64,000 nt of DNA, taken from the IMG/VR virus record IMGVR_UViG_3300029268_002499, positions 765 through 64,764 of that record; one strand, 5' to 3'. Source of the DNA: a virus. Lineage: Duplodnaviria; Caudoviricetes. The position numbers were made by a program, and so were the translations under genes. The notes beneath the pieces are model-generated. The model was not told the DNA's origin and made no database searches. It saw only the letters and a list, made by a program, of their open reading frames with translations. This document shows positions 61,942 through 64,000 of the stretch, piece after piece (positions within the stretch are counted from its first letter, which is position 1; every line of letters starts with the position of its first letter).

Positions 61942-62976
61942 ATGAGAAATTTGGTAAGTATAAGAAGAATTGATGAAATAAGGCCAATTGTTGATGCAAT
62001 GCATATAGAGTTAGCCATCATTGGAGGATGGCAGTGCTGCGTCGGTAAAGGAGAATTCAAACCAGGTGATTATGCAGTCTATTTCGAGATAGATTCATAT
62101 TTACCAATTGAAGAAAGATTTGAATTTCTTCGAAAGTCCTGCTATCAAAAGATGGGGGGAGAAGAAGGATTCAGAGTTAAAACAAGAAAATTCAGAGGGG
62201 AAATTAGTCAAGGACTGATAATGGCTATTGATAAATTTCCTGAGTTAAGAAAAGAAATGGACATAGAAGAAATTGGAGGAATAGATCTTGAAAAACTTTT
62301 GCGTGTAAAAAAATGGGAAGAACCTGTTCCATTTGAATTATCTGGTGGCGTTAAGAATAAAAATCCATCTGATATTGCAAAAGCATCACAAGAAAGAATT
62401 CAAAATCTAATGAATTACTTTGAACTCTATAAAGATGTTGAGTTTGAAGAAACTGAGAAGTTGGATGGAACATCTGCACTCATCTACAACAAAAAAGATC
62501 AATTTGGGGTGTGTGGGCATAACTGGGAATTCATAGAAAGCGACAACAATACTTTCTGGAAACTTGCGAAAGAATATGATCTTCCAAAAATATTGAAAGG
62601 GTTCAATGTTGCAATTCTAGCCGAGCTGTGTGGAGAGGGAATTCAAAAAAATAAACTGAACATAAAAGGACAAAAGATGTACATATTTGATTGTTGGGAT
62701 ATTCCGTCTCAGCAATACATGCGACCAGACGTTCGTATGGAATTTCTTGAAGGAATTTATTCCTCTGGGATTGCGCATGTTCCTATAATTGGGGTAACTA
62801 AGATATTTAAAGAGTGCCCAAATATAGAATCTATGGTATTACGGGCAAATGGAAAATCTCTAATTAATGATAAGATAATTAGAGAGGGAATTGTTTTTAA
62901 ATCAATGGAAAGGTTTAAAAGCGAAATTCCAAGTTTTAAAGTATTAAGCAATCAATATCTACTAAAAAATGAATAA
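61942..62976 (+). CDS. RNA ligase (DRB0094/Rnl2-like family)
   Basis: N-terminal OB (YFEIDS.LP, GEISQGL), TEKLDGTS, E..G.GIQ.N, FD, REG.V.K...SFK..S..YL. Confidence 0.9.
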   Translation: MRNLVSIRRIDEIRPIVDAMHIELAIIGGWQCCVGKGEFKPGDYAVYFEIDSYLPIEERFEFLRKSCYQKMGGEEGFRVKTRKFRGEISQGLIMAIDKFPELRKEMDIEEIGGIDLEKLLRVKKWEEPVPFELSGGVKNKNPSDIAKASQERIQNLMNYFELYKDVEFEETEKLDGTSALIYNKKDQFGVCGHNWEFIESDNNTFWKLAKEYDLPKILKGFNVAILAELCGEGIQKNKLNIKGQKMYIFDCWDIPSQQYMRPDVRMEFLEGIYSSGIAHVPIIGVTKIFKECPNIESMVLRANGKSLINDKIIREGIVFKSMERFKSEIPSFKVLSNQYLLKNE

Positions 62977-62991
62977 AAACGGGAGGATACA

Positions 62992-63333
62992 ATGAAAAAG
63001 ATTATTGCAATTTTAGTTTTATCTTCAATTTTTGTATCAGCACCAGTTCTGGCTTCATCAGTTGTAGTGTCCTGGAGCAAAAACTTAGAGACAGATTTAG
63101 TGGGATACAAGATTTATAGATCTACTGTATCCAAAAAGTACACAAAAGGAATGCCGATAGGAATTGTAACGGCACCGACTTTTACAGATTCATCAGTGTC
63201 CCAAAGAACAACCTATTATTATGTCGTTACGGCATTCGACAAATTCGGCAACGAATCACCGTTTTCGAATGAAGTCGTGATAACTATTAAGCGAGCATCA
63301 ACATCAGGAGAAAAAAATGAAAAGGACTCTTAA
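62992..63333 (+). CDS. secreted fibronectin type III domain protein
   Basis: Signal peptide; W......DL.GYKIYR...F.D......YYY.VTA.D..GNES..SNEV. Confidence 0.85.
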   Translation: MKKIIAILVLSSIFVSAPVLASSVVVSWSKNLETDLVGYKIYRSTVSKKYTKGMPIGIVTAPTFTDSSVSQRTTYYYVVTAFDKFGNESPFSNEVVITIKRASTSGEKNEKDS

Positions 63334-63721
63334 AATTAAGATGTCCATAAACAATGAATATTGTGGAATGGATTGCCCGCAATTGAAAGTTCCATTTCAA
63401 AATGGAAATATATATTGCCAATTAATTGCAGATAGTTCAAAAGCCGTTTTGAGGAAAGTTGACCTCAAATTATGCAGATGCTTGGAATGCATTCATCTAG
63501 AAGAATTTGTTTGTGGTGAATAAAATAAAAGACAGGAGGAATTAATGGAAATTAAAATTGGTGATACAATTAAGTACACGAAAAAAAGTGACATTTTCGC
63601 AAAAACATATCTTGAAAGAGTCCTCTTCTATGGTGAGAATGAAATACTTTTTGAAGGGAATAAACAATTCAACATGATGCAGATACAAATTTTAGAACAT
63701 ACCCCTCTTGAAAAAGAGGTG

Positions 63722-63747
63722 AAAGGAGCCTAACAAGCTCCTTTTTT
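63722..63747 (+). terminator. intrinsic terminator
   Basis: AAAGGAGC/GCTCCTTT plus T-run. Confidence 0.7.
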
Positions 63748-63844
63748 ATTTGCCTAAATTTTGGCAATAAAAAATAACATTCAAAATACCTTTTATGTGT
63801 CTGAACAAAAACCCATCTTGAAGACTGAGGTTTTTGCTTTGTTG

Positions 63845-64000
63845 TTAAGCATTCAACAATTGTGCTGTTATACATGCCATTATATAAACACGCAACGTTA
63901 ATCCTAACTCTTCTGCCTTCTTTTTTGCTGCTTCTAAAACATCGTTTGGCACCTTTAGAAGGGTAACATTTGTACAGAAATCTAACTCATTAAGTTCCAT
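63845..64000 (-). CDS. ribbon-helix-helix-like protein (may extend past window edge)
   Basis: MELNELDFCTNVTLLKVPNDVLEAAKKKAEELGLTLRVYIMACI. Confidence 0.5.
   Translation of the reverse strand: MELNELDFCTNVTLLKVPNDVLEAAKKKAEELGLTLRVYIMACITAQLLNA

Noticed and set aside
1-64000. Stop-codon reassignment or CRISPR array
   Set aside because: Long conserved genes are intact in the standard code and end in TAA, TAG or TGA; no regularly spaced repeats seen

Overview
This window is a ~29% GC (estimated by eye), gene-dense, standard-genetic-code segment of a large myovirus (jumbo-phage-like) genome. The likely host is Gram-negative, judged from a PEP-CTERM protein, ADP-heptose enzymes and a PilZ protein. 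Structural genes include a T4-type terminase large subunit, a tail sheath and probable baseplate proteins. Repair genes include a DNA ligase, an RNA ligase, a LigD phosphoesterase and a DenV-like glycosylase. There are also two free-standing homing endonucleases, seven tRNAs plus a decayed one, an M15 endolysin, CoaD, a divergent PurA beside a vWA protein, and a sugar-nucleotide/glycosylation gene set. The most notable signals are: (1) a complete phage-encoded ubiquitin-like conjugation operon (E2, JAB, E1, Ubl with a HeH/SAP-like domain); (2) a radical SAM enzyme plus four unrelated proteins sharing an N-terminal MKIRxSNVTNSSxxSF tag; (3) a duplicated double-pseudoknot RNA whose differences preserve pairing, plus other unclassified structured RNAs among the tRNAs; (4) a C-CCU-UUU -1 frameshift adding a collagen-like tail; (5) two phage promoter classes (TATATATATTAATT x13 and AACAAA-type) reminiscent of phiKZ/AR9; (6) RBS-sequestering hairpins with the late motif in their loops upstream of both homing endonucleases. 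All calls come from motifs read by eye; no database searches or folding programs were run.
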